From Eubacteriales bacterium (GTDB lineage: Bacteria; Bacillota; Clostridia; Oscillospirales; CAG-272), in NCBI GenBank assembly GCA_048527645.1, contig DBGFNI010000014.1, forward strand, positions 1-34,996: a stretch of 34,996 nucleotides of DNA. The letters are read 5' to 3'. Made by a program: the position numbers and the translations under genes. The notes beneath the pieces were generated by a model. The model was given only the letters and a program-made list of their open reading frames with translations. It searched no databases and was not told the origin of the DNA. This document shows, one piece after another, positions 1-8,155 of this stretch (positions within the stretch are counted from its first letter, which is position 1; each line of letters starts with the position of its first letter).

Positions 1-156
1 AAGATCGGTGAACCGGAGCGGGCAAGCGGCGGGCAGAAGATCGGCGGGCAGGTGAGCGGTGAACGGTCGTGCGCCGAATCGTGCGCGGCGTATTGGATGC
101 GGAACAAGAAATGCAGTCATGTCGGTTGGTAATATTGTGAAAATCAGGGGTTTTTC

Positions 157-185
157 TTTACAAATTCTCGGTTTTATGCTAAAAT
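157..185 (+). promoter_or_regulatory. Putative sigma-A promoter of the glycerate kinase gene
   Basis: TTTACA (157-162), a 17-nt spacer, then TAAAAT (180-185) preceded by TGc (extended -10 like). It lies about 25-45 nt upstream of the candidate starts. AAGGAG RBS at 195-200. Confidence 0.5.
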
Positions 186-211
186 AAGCATGCTAAGGAG
201 ATTGACGGGAG

Positions 212-1393
212 GTGCGGAAAGGAATGGAGAGGATGCCGGAGCAATCGGTACGGCGAGAGAAAATTCTGATCGTACCGGATTCCTTCAAAGAAACGCTGTC
301 TGCGGCGGAGGTATGCCGCATTGTCAGCGAAGAGGCTGAGGCGGTGCTCGGCGATGCGGAAATCCGGTGCATACCGATTGCAGACGGCGGCGAGGGCAGC
401 GTGGATTGCTTTTTGCAGGCGCTGGGCGGCACGCGGCAGTCTGTGCAGATCAAGGGACCGCTGTTTGACGATGTGGACGCACAATACGGTATTTTGCCCG
501 ACGGACAAACTGCCGTGATCGAGATGGCGGCCGCAGCGGGGCTGCCTCTGACACAGGGGCGGCAGAATCCTCTTCTCACAACGACCTTCGGAGTCGGGCA
601 GCTGATTGCGGACGCCGTGCAAAAGGGATGCCGTCGGATTTTGCTCGGACTGGGCGGTTCTGCGACCAATGACGGCGGCTGCGGCATGGCAGCGGCGCTG
701 GGCGTGCGGTTTTATGACGCGGACGGCGAGGAGATGCTTCCGTTGGGCGGCACGCTGGGAGAGATTGACCGGATCGACTGTTCTGATCTTTTTTTGCCGC
801 CGGATATCCGGGTGACAGCGCTGTGCGATGTGACCAACCCCCTGTACGGAGAAGAGGGCGCTGCCTTCGTCTTTGCGCCGCAGAAGGGCGCGGACGCGCA
901 GATGACCGTGCTGCTGGACGAGGGCTTGCGTCATTTGGGTGAAATCATGGAACGCGATTGTTCTGCGGCGGTGACGGATCTGCCCGGCGCGGGCGCCGCG
1001 GGCGGCATGGGCGCCGGTGCGGTTGCTTTTTTGGGTGCGCGCTTTGCATCGGGAATTGATGCGGTTTTGGAAGCGGTTGATTTTGACAGGGCGCTGGAGG
1101 GGTGCACCTTGGTAATCACCGGCGAGGGAAAGGTTGACGCACAGAGCGAATGCGGCAAGGCGATCGGCGGCATTGCCGCGCGTGCCAAGCGCAAAGGGAT
1201 CCCCGTGGCAGTGCTGACCGGCAATGCGCTTGGCGCGGAGAAGAGTTTGTACGATGCGGGCGTGACGGCGGTGTTTCCGATCGGCCGTCAGCCGGAGAGC
1301 TTTGCTCAGGCTGCATTGCGAATTGAAGAAAATCTGCGCAGTACGGCGCGGGACATGCTGCGCTTTTGGGCGGCGGCAAGACGGAAAGGATGA
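212..1393 (+). CDS. glxK: Glycerate kinase (GlxK/GarK family)
   Basis: 393-aa ORF. Motifs ILIVPDSFKETLSA, IPIADGGEGS, LLGLGGSATNDGG and VITGEGKVDAQS are typical of the glycerate kinase family. The start is ambiguous (GTG 212, ATG 224 or ATG 233). Confidence 0.9.
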   Translation: MRKGMERMPEQSVRREKILIVPDSFKETLSAAEVCRIVSEEAEAVLGDAEIRCIPIADGGEGSVDCFLQALGGTRQSVQIKGPLFDDVDAQYGILPDGQTAVIEMAAAAGLPLTQGRQNPLLTTTFGVGQLIADAVQKGCRRILLGLGGSATNDGGCGMAAALGVRFYDADGEEMLPLGGTLGEIDRIDCSDLFLPPDIRVTALCDVTNPLYGEEGAAFVFAPQKGADAQMTVLLDEGLRHLGEIMERDCSAAVTDLPGAGAAGGMGAGAVAFLGARFASGIDAVLEAVDFDRALEGCTLVITGEGKVDAQSECGKAIGGIAARAKRKGIPVAVLTGNALGAEKSLYDAGVTAVFPIGRQPESFAQAALRIEENLRSTARDMLRFWAAARRKG

Positions 1394-1434
1394 CGGAATT
1401 GGATTATAACATTTTGACGGCAAGAAGAAAATCT

Positions 1435-2817
1435 ATGCAGCGCGTGATGTGCCTGGCGATGTGCTGGATCATACTGTTGCTCGCCGCACTGCAGGCGCAG
1501 GCGGTGGTGGTGTATACCGAGGAAAAGGATCTGGGCAGTATTTCTGCACAATATGAGTCAAACGGCAAGCCCGAGACGATTTCGTCCGGCAGCGGCGATG
1601 CGGGCGGAAAATCTTACGGTGCGTATCAGTTTTCCAGCAAAGCAGGTGTACCGAAAAAATTTGCGGACTGGTGCGCTTCCTCCTCCGACAATACGGTGAA
1701 AATATATGGCAACATATTGAACAGCTGCTATCAGGCAGACGGCAATACATACGGGGCAAATTTTGACGAGGCTTGGAAGCAGCTGGGAACGGAGCACGCA
1801 GAGGTTTTTCTCAAGCTGCAGCATAATTATGTCAAAAGCATCTATTATGATGTGGTTGTGGCAAAGCTGCAGGCGCAGTACGGTTTGAACGTCAGCAAAC
1901 GTAGCATGGCACTGAAAAACGCGGTGTGGTCCCGTTCGGTGCAGCACGGAACCGCTGGCTGCATGCGGCTGTTTGAGGCGATTGCCTCCCGGTATCCGAA
2001 TTTTGTATATCTCTATGATGATCAGATTATCAGACTGCTGTATGAAGAAAGCAGTGCTGCGGTATCCGCAGCGCCGTACAGCAACAGTATTCCGATCAAA
2101 GCGGCGAATGTGTCCAACAGCACGCTGAAAAAGATCATTGCCGATTACGGCCTGGAGGGCAAATACTTAAAGTATTATTCGCGCAATTCCGCCGCAGTGC
2201 AGGCAAGCGTATTCCGCCGCCTGCGTGTGTCGGAGTACAACGACCTGATGACCATGTTTTCCAATGAGTTCCGTTTCCGTGACGTCACATATGAAAAATG
2301 GTATTATTCCGCGGTGGAATATGTCGCGGGGCGCGGGTTGATGAACGGCATGAGCGCAAACACCTTTGAACCGGAAACGAACTGTGACCGCGCGATGGTG
2401 GTGACCATTCTTTACCGCTTGTCAGGCAGTCCGTCGGCGGGAAATTCCTCGTTTAGCGACGTGAAGAGCAGCGACTATTTTTCCGCCGCGGTGGCGTGGG
2501 CGCAGAGCAGCGGCGTGGTGACAGGTACCTCGCCGACCACGTTCCATCCCAAGCGTGCCGTGTCCCGTCAGGAATTGGCAGCCATGCTGTTCCGATACGC
2601 GGCGTATCGCGGTAAGAATACCTCCGGCAGGGCGGATCTCTCTGGGTTCGCAGACCGCGGCCAGGTGGCAGATTGGGCAATGGGCGCGATGCAGTGGTGT
2701 GTGAGCACCAAGCTGATTCAGGGAGATGAAAACAAGCTGCTGCGTCCCACCGATCTTGCGACGCGTGCGCAGATTGCAACCATGATACAGCGTTTTGTCA
2801 CCATGTACGGCATGTGA
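1435..2817 (+). CDS. Secreted cell-wall protein: N-terminal lysozyme-like domain plus three C-terminal SLH domains
   Basis: ATG at 1435 gives a signal peptide MQRVMCLAMCWIILLLAALQAQA. The N-domain motif is YESNGKPETISSGSGDAGGKSYGAYQF. The C-terminus has three SLH-like repeats (FRDV..WYYSAVEYV, FSDV..YFSAAVAWA, FADRGQVADWAMGAMQW), each followed by a conserved R.E.A/T.M motif. Confidence 0.85.
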   Translation: MQRVMCLAMCWIILLLAALQAQAVVVYTEEKDLGSISAQYESNGKPETISSGSGDAGGKSYGAYQFSSKAGVPKKFADWCASSSDNTVKIYGNILNSCYQADGNTYGANFDEAWKQLGTEHAEVFLKLQHNYVKSIYYDVVVAKLQAQYGLNVSKRSMALKNAVWSRSVQHGTAGCMRLFEAIASRYPNFVYLYDDQIIRLLYEESSAAVSAAPYSNSIPIKAANVSNSTLKKIIADYGLEGKYLKYYSRNSAAVQASVFRRLRVSEYNDLMTMFSNEFRFRDVTYEKWYYSAVEYVAGRGLMNGMSANTFEPETNCDRAMVVTILYRLSGSPSAGNSSFSDVKSSDYFSAAVAWAQSSGVVTGTSPTTFHPKRAVSRQELAAMLFRYAAYRGKNTSGRADLSGFADRGQVADWAMGAMQWCVSTKLIQGDENKLLRPTDLATRAQIATMIQRFVTMYGM

Positions 2818-2829
2818 CAGAGGAGAAGC

Positions 2830-3360
2830 ATGAAAAGATATCAGTTAATACCGGATTACTGCTTTGACAGTATCTATGAAGTGACGCCGGCCTTTCTCAA
2901 GCAAATCGGCGTCCGCGGGCTGGCATGTGATATTGACAACACGCTTGTTACCTATGACGATGCAAAGCCCACGCCGGAGGTGTTGGCGTGGCTGAAAGAC
3001 ATGACGGAGGCGGGAATATGCGTGGCGTTTGTTTCCAACAATCATGCGTCCCGCGTGAATGTGTTTAACGAGGAGCTGGGGCTGTTTGCCGCTGCCGATG
3101 CCAAAAAGCCGTCAATCGGAGCGTTGCTGCGGTTTTTTGAACACGCCGGGGTTGCACCCGATGAGGCGGCGGTGGTCGGCGATCAGATTTTCACGGATGT
3201 CTGGATGGCGAAGCGGGCAGGCGCTAAGGCGCTTTTGGTGCCGCCGATCAAGGATCGCACCGATCTGTTTCATCGGCTGAAGCGCCTGGGAGAAAAGCCG
3301 CTGCTGCACCGGTATTACCGCCGCCTGAAGCGGCGCGCGGCACAGAGCGGACAAAAATGA
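2830..3360 (+). CDS. yqeG: YqeG-family HAD-IIIA phosphatase
   Basis: 176 aa. Contains the DIDNTLV catalytic motif, VSNN, KKP and VGDQIFTDV motifs, which together are characteristic of YqeG-type HAD phosphatases. RBS GAGGAG lies upstream. Confidence 0.85.
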   Translation: MKRYQLIPDYCFDSIYEVTPAFLKQIGVRGLACDIDNTLVTYDDAKPTPEVLAWLKDMTEAGICVAFVSNNHASRVNVFNEELGLFAAADAKKPSIGALLRFFEHAGVAPDEAAVVGDQIFTDVWMAKRAGAKALLVPPIKDRTDLFHRLKRLGEKPLLHRYYRRLKRRAAQSGQK

Positions 3361-3412
3361 AACGCGGCGCAAAACCTGCCGCCGTGTGCATTTCTTCCCG
3401 ATCATAATAAGC

Positions 3413-3464
3413 AAAAAAACACCCCGCAAGGGCACGGATCAGGTGCGCTTTGCAGGGTGCTTTT
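3413..3464. terminator. Bidirectional intrinsic terminator between convergent yqeG and the 7-gene minus-strand operon
   Basis: An imperfect GC-rich hairpin (caccccgcaagggcac / gtgcgctttgcagggtg) is flanked by an A7 run on the left (a U-tract on the minus strand) and TTTT on the right. Confidence 0.6.
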
Positions 3465-3536
3465 ATGCTTTGCGGGATGCAGACGGCAGACGCGATGCGC
3501 AAACAAAGCGAGGGGAGCACGTTATTTGTGCGGCGC

Positions 3537-4199
3537 TTATTCTGCGCTGTCTGCGTCGGCGTATACCAAGGTGAGATTTTTGATATCCGACCACAGGCCG
3601 GATTCCGTGCGGACATAATATTGCACGGTATAGGTCGCCTCTTTGCTGGAGGAGATATAAGCGGGGACGGAGTGATACATGATTTTGGCGTTGTTGCTGT
3701 CTGCTGCAACCTTTTTGACATACAGAAACGGGTCGAACTTCTCGCCTGTATGCAGCCGGACATAGTCGGTTGACAGCTCTATAGCGGGCGCTGTGCCGCG
3801 GGCGACGGTTTTTTCAATCGCATACTGATTCTGCGTGCGTTCCAGCTCTTCGTCGTCTGTGGGTTCGGTGTAATTTTTAACCGTTATTTTTCTCTGTGCG
3901 GTTGCAAGATTCTCATCGCTGTCATAGACATAATAGCGGACAACGGCCTGCGTTTTGTCCTCACTGTAGGCAATCCGGTCGATGCAGACGTCGCTGCTCA
4001 AATCTCCGTCCTGGATATCCGAGGCGGTGACGCCCTGCAGCAATACTTTTTCGGGAGTGCCGTATTCATAGACCAGCTCGTCTTGCGATATTTCTATGAC
4101 CGGCGGGTCGTCCGGCCGGTTGCAGCGCATTGCAACAAACACCACGCATAACAGGACAAGAGCAAACAGCAGAATGGCGAAGGAATACTTGTTTGACAT
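3537..4199 (-). CDS. Membrane-anchored protein with two Ig-like (DUF5011-like) extracellular domains; function unknown
   Basis: ATG at 4199 is preceded by an AAGGAG RBS. The N-terminal TM helix is FAILLFALVLLCVVFVA. Two repeated ~80-aa beta-rich modules follow; the first has the pattern VTASDIQDGDLSSDV seen in bacterial Ig-like domains. It is the last gene of the operon, just upstream of the terminator. Confidence 0.65.
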   Translation of the reverse strand: MSNKYSFAILLFALVLLCVVFVAMRCNRPDDPPVIEISQDELVYEYGTPEKVLLQGVTASDIQDGDLSSDVCIDRIAYSEDKTQAVVRYYVYDSDENLATAQRKITVKNYTEPTDDEELERTQNQYAIEKTVARGTAPAIELSTDYVRLHTGEKFDPFLYVKKVAADSNNAKIMYHSVPAYISSSKEATYTVQYYVRTESGLWSDIKNLTLVYADADSAE

Positions 4200-4235
4200 G
4201 CGGTTTCTCCTTTTTTCAGCGTGCACAGCCGAAAA

Positions 4236-5042
4236 TCAGTTTTTCGCTTTGGTGAGATCTGTCCGCGATTTTTCCACGGCGGAATCGGCAGCGCCGGAAC
4301 CGGCGCCGTAATAATCACCGTAATACAAATACGGAGGATGAGAATGCTTGTACTGCTTTTGAAAGTATTTGCCTGCACGGTAGCCGTACCGTTTGTAATA
4401 GTAATAATGATTGCGCTTTCCCAAATCCATTTTGTTAAGCACGACGCCGAGAATTCTGCCGCCTGCCTTGCGCAGCTGATTTACAGTGGACTGTGCAAAT
4501 TTATAGTTGATTTTGTTTGCCTGCAGCACAAAGACGCAGCCGTCACACAGGGGCGTGATAACCGCCGCGTCAATCAGCGCGCCCAGAGGCGGGGTATCAA
4601 TGATGATGATATCGTATACGGAGCGTGCCTTTTCGATAAAATCCGAAAACAGCTGACTGCTGAGCAGTTCTGCGGGATTGGGCGGAATTGCGCCGGCGGG
4701 CATGATGTGCAGGTTGCCGCTGGCACAGATGCAGTCGAGAAAGTTCGCCTGGCGCGTCAGATAGTGCGCCAAGCCGTTGACTTTTTTCTGAATTCCCAGC
4801 CGGCCGATCAGAATGGATTTGCGCAGATCGCCGTCGATGAAGAGCACCCTGCTGCCCTCCTGCGAAAAGGAATAGGCAAGATTGAGCGCCACGGTGGATT
4901 TTCCCTCATCCTCCGAGCAGGAGGTGAGCATGATGACTTTTATGTCAGCGCCGCAGAATTGAATGTTGGCGCGAATTGATTTGAACGCCTCGTTGGTGAA
5001 CCAATCATGGTCCACAAGCTTGCTGATATCAATCTCAACCAT
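4236..5042 (-). CDS. BY-kinase catalytic subunit (CpsD/CapB/YwqD-type tyrosine-protein kinase)
   Basis: Walker A SCSEDEGKST, Walker A' VLFIDGDLRKS, Walker B IIIIDTPP. The C-terminal Tyr cluster has 13 Tyr in 33 residues (YYYYKRYGYRAGKYFQKQYKHSHPPYLYYGDYY). Confidence 0.9.
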   Translation of the reverse strand: MVEIDISKLVDHDWFTNEAFKSIRANIQFCGADIKVIMLTSCSEDEGKSTVALNLAYSFSQEGSRVLFIDGDLRKSILIGRLGIQKKVNGLAHYLTRQANFLDCICASGNLHIMPAGAIPPNPAELLSSQLFSDFIEKARSVYDIIIIDTPPLGALIDAAVITPLCDGCVFVLQANKINYKFAQSTVNQLRKAGGRILGVVLNKMDLGKRNHYYYYKRYGYRAGKYFQKQYKHSHPPYLYYGDYYGAGSGAADSAVEKSRTDLTKAKN

Positions 5043-5103
5043 AATATATCTATCAGATTCCTTTCTGTGATTCTCAAAGCGGGAATTGCAGCCGAAAACC
5101 GTT

Positions 5104-5859
5104 TTAAACGGGCTGTTTGGAGCGTTTTTTCTTTTTCTTTCGCTCTTCGGTGGCGGATTCCATTACCGGCAGCGCGCCCAAAACGCTCAAATTGAGATAC
5201 CGGTTGACATCCTCCGGCGTTTTGATCGTATCATCCAAACGGTGGCGGATGCAAATGACCGCGGCGGCGATCAGCGCGCCGGCCGCAAAGCCCAAAACGG
5301 CGTTGCGCGGTGCGCCGGAGGATGTGGAGGCAACGGGGAGCGACGCCTCTTCCACCAGGTTTACCGCTTGAATGGCCATAATGTCACAGATATACGTCGA
5401 TGCACTTTCGCGCACGGCGTTGGCAAGGTCCTGCGATACTTTGGGCTGGGGTGTGGTCACGGAGATTTCGAGAAAACGGGTATCATCCGGGTTTTTGACG
5501 CTGATACAGCTCCGTACATATTCGTAGGAGTAGTCGGCGTAATCCTCTCCGAGCGAATCGATGGCGTTTTCGATCACCGGGCGACAACGGATCATTTCGA
5601 TGCAGTCCGAAGCGATCATCATGCCCAGCGAAAGACCGGAGGTTGCGTTGGTGTTGTTGCGGTCCTGCTCCAAAATATACACCTTTGTGGTAGAGGTGTA
5701 CAGAGGGGTGAAGCGCAGATCGGTAATCAGATACGATCCCAGTGCGCAAATTGCCGCAACCAGTAGAATGATGAATTTATTCCACCATAGCAGCGCGGCG
5801 TATTCCATCAAATCGATTGCCTCGGTACGTGAGAGCTGCTCCTGCTCGAGATTGGACAT
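5104..5859 (-). CDS. Wzz/CpsC/YwqC-type chain-length determinant (BY-kinase transmembrane modulator)
   Basis: Start MSNLEQEQ at 5859 with an AAAGGAG RBS. It has the Wzz N-terminal pattern (IDLMEYAALLWWNKFIILLVAAICALGSYLI..FTPLYTSTTKVYI) and a second C-terminal TM (VLGFAAGALIAAAVICI). It sits directly upstream of the kinase. Confidence 0.85.
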   Translation of the reverse strand: MSNLEQEQLSRTEAIDLMEYAALLWWNKFIILLVAAICALGSYLITDLRFTPLYTSTTKVYILEQDRNNTNATSGLSLGMMIASDCIEMIRCRPVIENAIDSLGEDYADYSYEYVRSCISVKNPDDTRFLEISVTTPQPKVSQDLANAVRESASTYICDIMAIQAVNLVEEASLPVASTSSGAPRNAVLGFAAGALIAAAVICIRHRLDDTIKTPEDVNRYLNLSVLGALPVMESATEERKKKKKRSKQPV

Positions 5860-5879
5860 GTTGACGCTCCTTTCGGTTG

Positions 5880-6608
5880 TTAGAAAAAACGGAGAAAACG
5901 GTCTCCGCAGAGATCCCGTGCGGCTTGCTCGCCGCACCAGGTCTTGAGAATCTGATATGCTTTTTTCATTCTGGGTGGGCGGTGTGCGACACTGTGCGCA
6001 TCGGTGGCGACAAAGTCAATCAGGCCGCTGACAAACATCTTTTTCAGGGTGTTTTTGTAGAAAAAGCCGGGTGATATCACGGTTTGTGCGTTGATTTGCA
6101 GCAAAATCCCGCGTTTTTTCATTTCCGACAGACATTTCAGCTTGTTGTCTGCCAGACAGGAATAGCGTTCCGCGTGCGCCAATACCGGCTGATATCCGGC
6201 ATATTGGATTTCTGACAGGCGCGCGGTCATGGTTTGCAGATCGATTTGAACCGGGAATTCCGTGAGCACCAAAGCAGTGCCGCCAAGTGTGAGAACATGT
6301 CCGCTGCGGATGGCGTCGCCGCAGCCGGAAAAGGCCAGCAGCTCATTGCCCGGAAGCAGACGAAAATCCGGTGCGATCTGACGTGCTGCGTTTTGCGCGG
6401 CAGAAAACGCCGCGCGATACTTCTCCGCGTAGTCGGCGTGATTTATGGAATGAACATGCGGTGTGGCAACCAGTATGCGAATTCCATCCGCATAGGCGGC
6501 GCGGAGCAGGGCGATACTGTCCTGCACGGTGTTTGGGCCGTCATCCAAGCCGAAAAGCACATGTGCGTGCATATCCGCAAAGCCGTGCATGATATTCTCT
6601 CCCTTCAT
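5880..6608 (-). CDS. PHP-family protein-tyrosine phosphatase (CpsB/YwqE type)
   Basis: Metal-binding motifs DMHAHVLFGLDDGP, ATPH, LAHAERY and TDAH are present. The ATG at 6608 overlaps the upstream stop codon (ATGA). Confidence 0.9.
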   Translation of the reverse strand: MKGENIMHGFADMHAHVLFGLDDGPNTVQDSIALLRAAYADGIRILVATPHVHSINHADYAEKYRAAFSAAQNAARQIAPDFRLLPGNELLAFSGCGDAIRSGHVLTLGGTALVLTEFPVQIDLQTMTARLSEIQYAGYQPVLAHAERYSCLADNKLKCLSEMKKRGILLQINAQTVISPGFFYKNTLKKMFVSGLIDFVATDAHSVAHRPPRMKKAYQILKTWCGEQAARDLCGDRFLRFF

Positions 6609-7060
6609 TGGTCAATATCGTGTGGGGTACGGTTATACAGAAAGGCATGAAAGCGTCGCACGCACGGACGGAAGACAAAAAACAGATAACAGCGATAGGA
6701 AAGGGTATTGCGGCAGAGCGCTTTTTTTCCGCGGTAAACCGTTTTGACGCAGGCGATGATCTGCTCCGGCAAAACATCCTCCGGCGCGCATTGCGCATCC
6801 CCGCAGACTGTGAAGGACGCATCGTTTTTTTCAACGATCCGATGCAGGACATATTCTCCTGCCGGTCGGCGAAACAGCACAATGTCTCCCTTTTCCAATG
6901 CGGTGGGCGATATCAGCACAACACGGTCTCTCCCGCTTCGCAAAAGGGGCATCATGCTGTGCCCGCGCGGCGTGAGAACAAATTCTCCCCCGCTTTGCAG
7001 GATTTCTTGCAGAATCGGTGCAAACTCATGCAGAGAAAAGGTTTGCGCCGCACGCGTCAT
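6605..7060 (-). CDS. S24/S26-type serine peptidase-like protein (Ser/His variant)
   Basis: 151 aa. Motif RGHSMMPLL (nucleophile Ser box), then GDIVLFRR...YVLHRIVEK (the general-base box carries His where S26A/S24 enzymes carry Lys). There are 4-nt ATGA overlaps with both the PqqD gene upstream and cpsB downstream. Confidence 0.7.
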   Translation of the reverse strand: MTRAAQTFSLHEFAPILQEILQSGGEFVLTPRGHSMMPLLRSGRDRVVLISPTALEKGDIVLFRRPAGEYVLHRIVEKNDASFTVCGDAQCAPEDVLPEQIIACVKTVYRGKKALCRNTLSYRCYLFFVFRPCVRRFHAFLYNRTPHDIDQ

Positions 7061-7320
7061 TGCAAAAGATCCTCATCCCGCAGCGACTGCACAAAGCGCG
7101 CGACATCGCGCTGCGCGGTCTCTGCGTCTACATCATAGGCGTCGCGGATTGCGGCAACCAGATCAATTTCGGTTGTTTCGCTTTCCAGCAGCTTCCATAA
7201 AAATCTGCCGGTGCTGTTCAGTTTGATAATCCCGTTGAAGGAACGGCTTGCTTCCCCCGTGGCGACCACAACCGTTTGATCTGCCAGCTCCCGCATGATA
7301 AATCCGTCTTTAATTTTCAT
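7057..7320 (-). CDS. PqqD-family protein (RiPP-recognition-element-like)
   Basis: 87 aa. The pattern LADQTVVV....SRSFNGIIKLNSTGRFLWKLLE...T..DLVAAIRDAYDVDAETAQRDVARFVQSLRDEDLL is typical of PqqD/RRE winged-helix proteins. Confidence 0.8.
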   Translation of the reverse strand: MKIKDGFIMRELADQTVVVATGEASRSFNGIIKLNSTGRFLWKLLESETTEIDLVAAIRDAYDVDAETAQRDVARFVQSLRDEDLLQ

Positions 7321-8119
7321 GGATGGTTTCCCCTTTCTGTTGTTGCGCCCGGCACCGGGAGGAGCCGTTGCAAATGATGCCGAAGGCGGCGGCAGAAGCG
7401 CATACGGCGCTTTGTGCGGGAGTTGCTTCCAGGCACACGGCGGGCGTGGCGCGCATCATGTCGTTTAGCAGAATCATCAGTCGCTCCGGCGCATCGCATT
7501 TTTTCGGGAAATAGATTTGGCGGAGCAGCAGACCGATCCACTCGTCTGCCGTCGGGGTGTAGGTGCGGTCATTTTTGCCGCGCTTCAAAAAGCAGATGCC
7601 GGATAAGGGAGCAGACGCGTTTCGCTGTTTGCCCTCCTTGCCGCACCACGGCGTTCCGTATACCGTCCATTGTCCGCCGACGCGGCGAATCAGCGGTTTG
7701 TCCCCGTTGAGAATATAGGCACGCTTGCCGAATTTCTCGCACCAGAGCTTTGCATGTGTGGTTTTTCCGATGCCGGCGGGTGCACAGAATAAGTATGCCT
7801 GCCCATCCAAAACAACGGCGGCGCTGTGCATCATGAAGCCGTCATAGTCGAGCACGCGGCTGCAAATCGCACGGTATATTCCGATGAATTCACAGTATGC
7901 GTGCACTTTTGCTCTGTCCGAATCAGTGAGCGGCTGCGGAAATTGCGCGGCAAAGGCCTGCATGTCGCGGCAGTACTGCTCTTTGTCACAGCAGACGGCG
8001 ATGGGGGCGGGATCGGCGGCGTGCGCCGAAATCTGATAATCCCGGCAGCGGGAGAGCGTATCAGGATGCCGGTATGTCACTGCAAAGTGCAAATCCGCCA
8101 GCTCCATGACAAATTCCAT
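7310..8119 (-). CDS. HPr kinase-like P-loop protein (HprK C-terminal kinase fold)
   Basis: Start MEFVMELADL at 8119 with a GGAGGGA RBS, downstream of a consensus promoter. The core MHSAAVVLDGQAYLFCAPAGIGKTTHAKLW....ILNGDKPLI matches the HprK/lasso-kinase pattern H-x3-V-x2-G-x4-F-x-G-x-S/A-G-x-GK-S/T-T followed by an acidic DD/GD box. The longer ORF in the track (to 8551) runs through the promoter, the terminator and metH, so I reject that extension. Confidence 0.7.
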   Translation of the reverse strand: MEFVMELADLHFAVTYRHPDTLSRCRDYQISAHAADPAPIAVCCDKEQYCRDMQAFAAQFPQPLTDSDRAKVHAYCEFIGIYRAICSRVLDYDGFMMHSAAVVLDGQAYLFCAPAGIGKTTHAKLWCEKFGKRAYILNGDKPLIRRVGGQWTVYGTPWCGKEGKQRNASAPLSGICFLKRGKNDRTYTPTADEWIGLLLRQIYFPKKCDAPERLMILLNDMMRATPAVCLEATPAQSAVCASAAAFGIICNGSSRCRAQQQKGETIHEN

Positions 8120-8155
8120 ACCGTTCCCTCCGAAAAGAGATAAATTCTTGATACA

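Noticed and set aside
1-132. Possible 3' end of a plus-strand gene. Frame 1 is open from the window edge to TAA at 130-132 (KIGEPERASGGQKIGGQVSG...CSHVGW), with third-position GC of about 74% by my count.
   Set aside because: Only 43 codons are visible, there is no recognisable motif, and the sequence is repetitive. A minus-strand ORF from ATG 119 is also open to the edge, though with lower third-position GC. I cannot support either as a feature.
179-1423. Long antisense ORFs opposite recognisable genes: 179-1423(-), 4221-4979(+), 5086-5766(+), 9289-10350(+), 12141-13517(+), 13945-15018(+), 22071-22913(-), 26130-27260(-), 29638-30669(-), 31865-32923(-) and 33688-34521(-).
   Set aside because: These are typical shadow ORFs of high-GC DNA. 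The translations are Arg/Ala/Pro/His/Gly-rich with no family motifs. The opposite strand in every case encodes a protein with clear family signatures.
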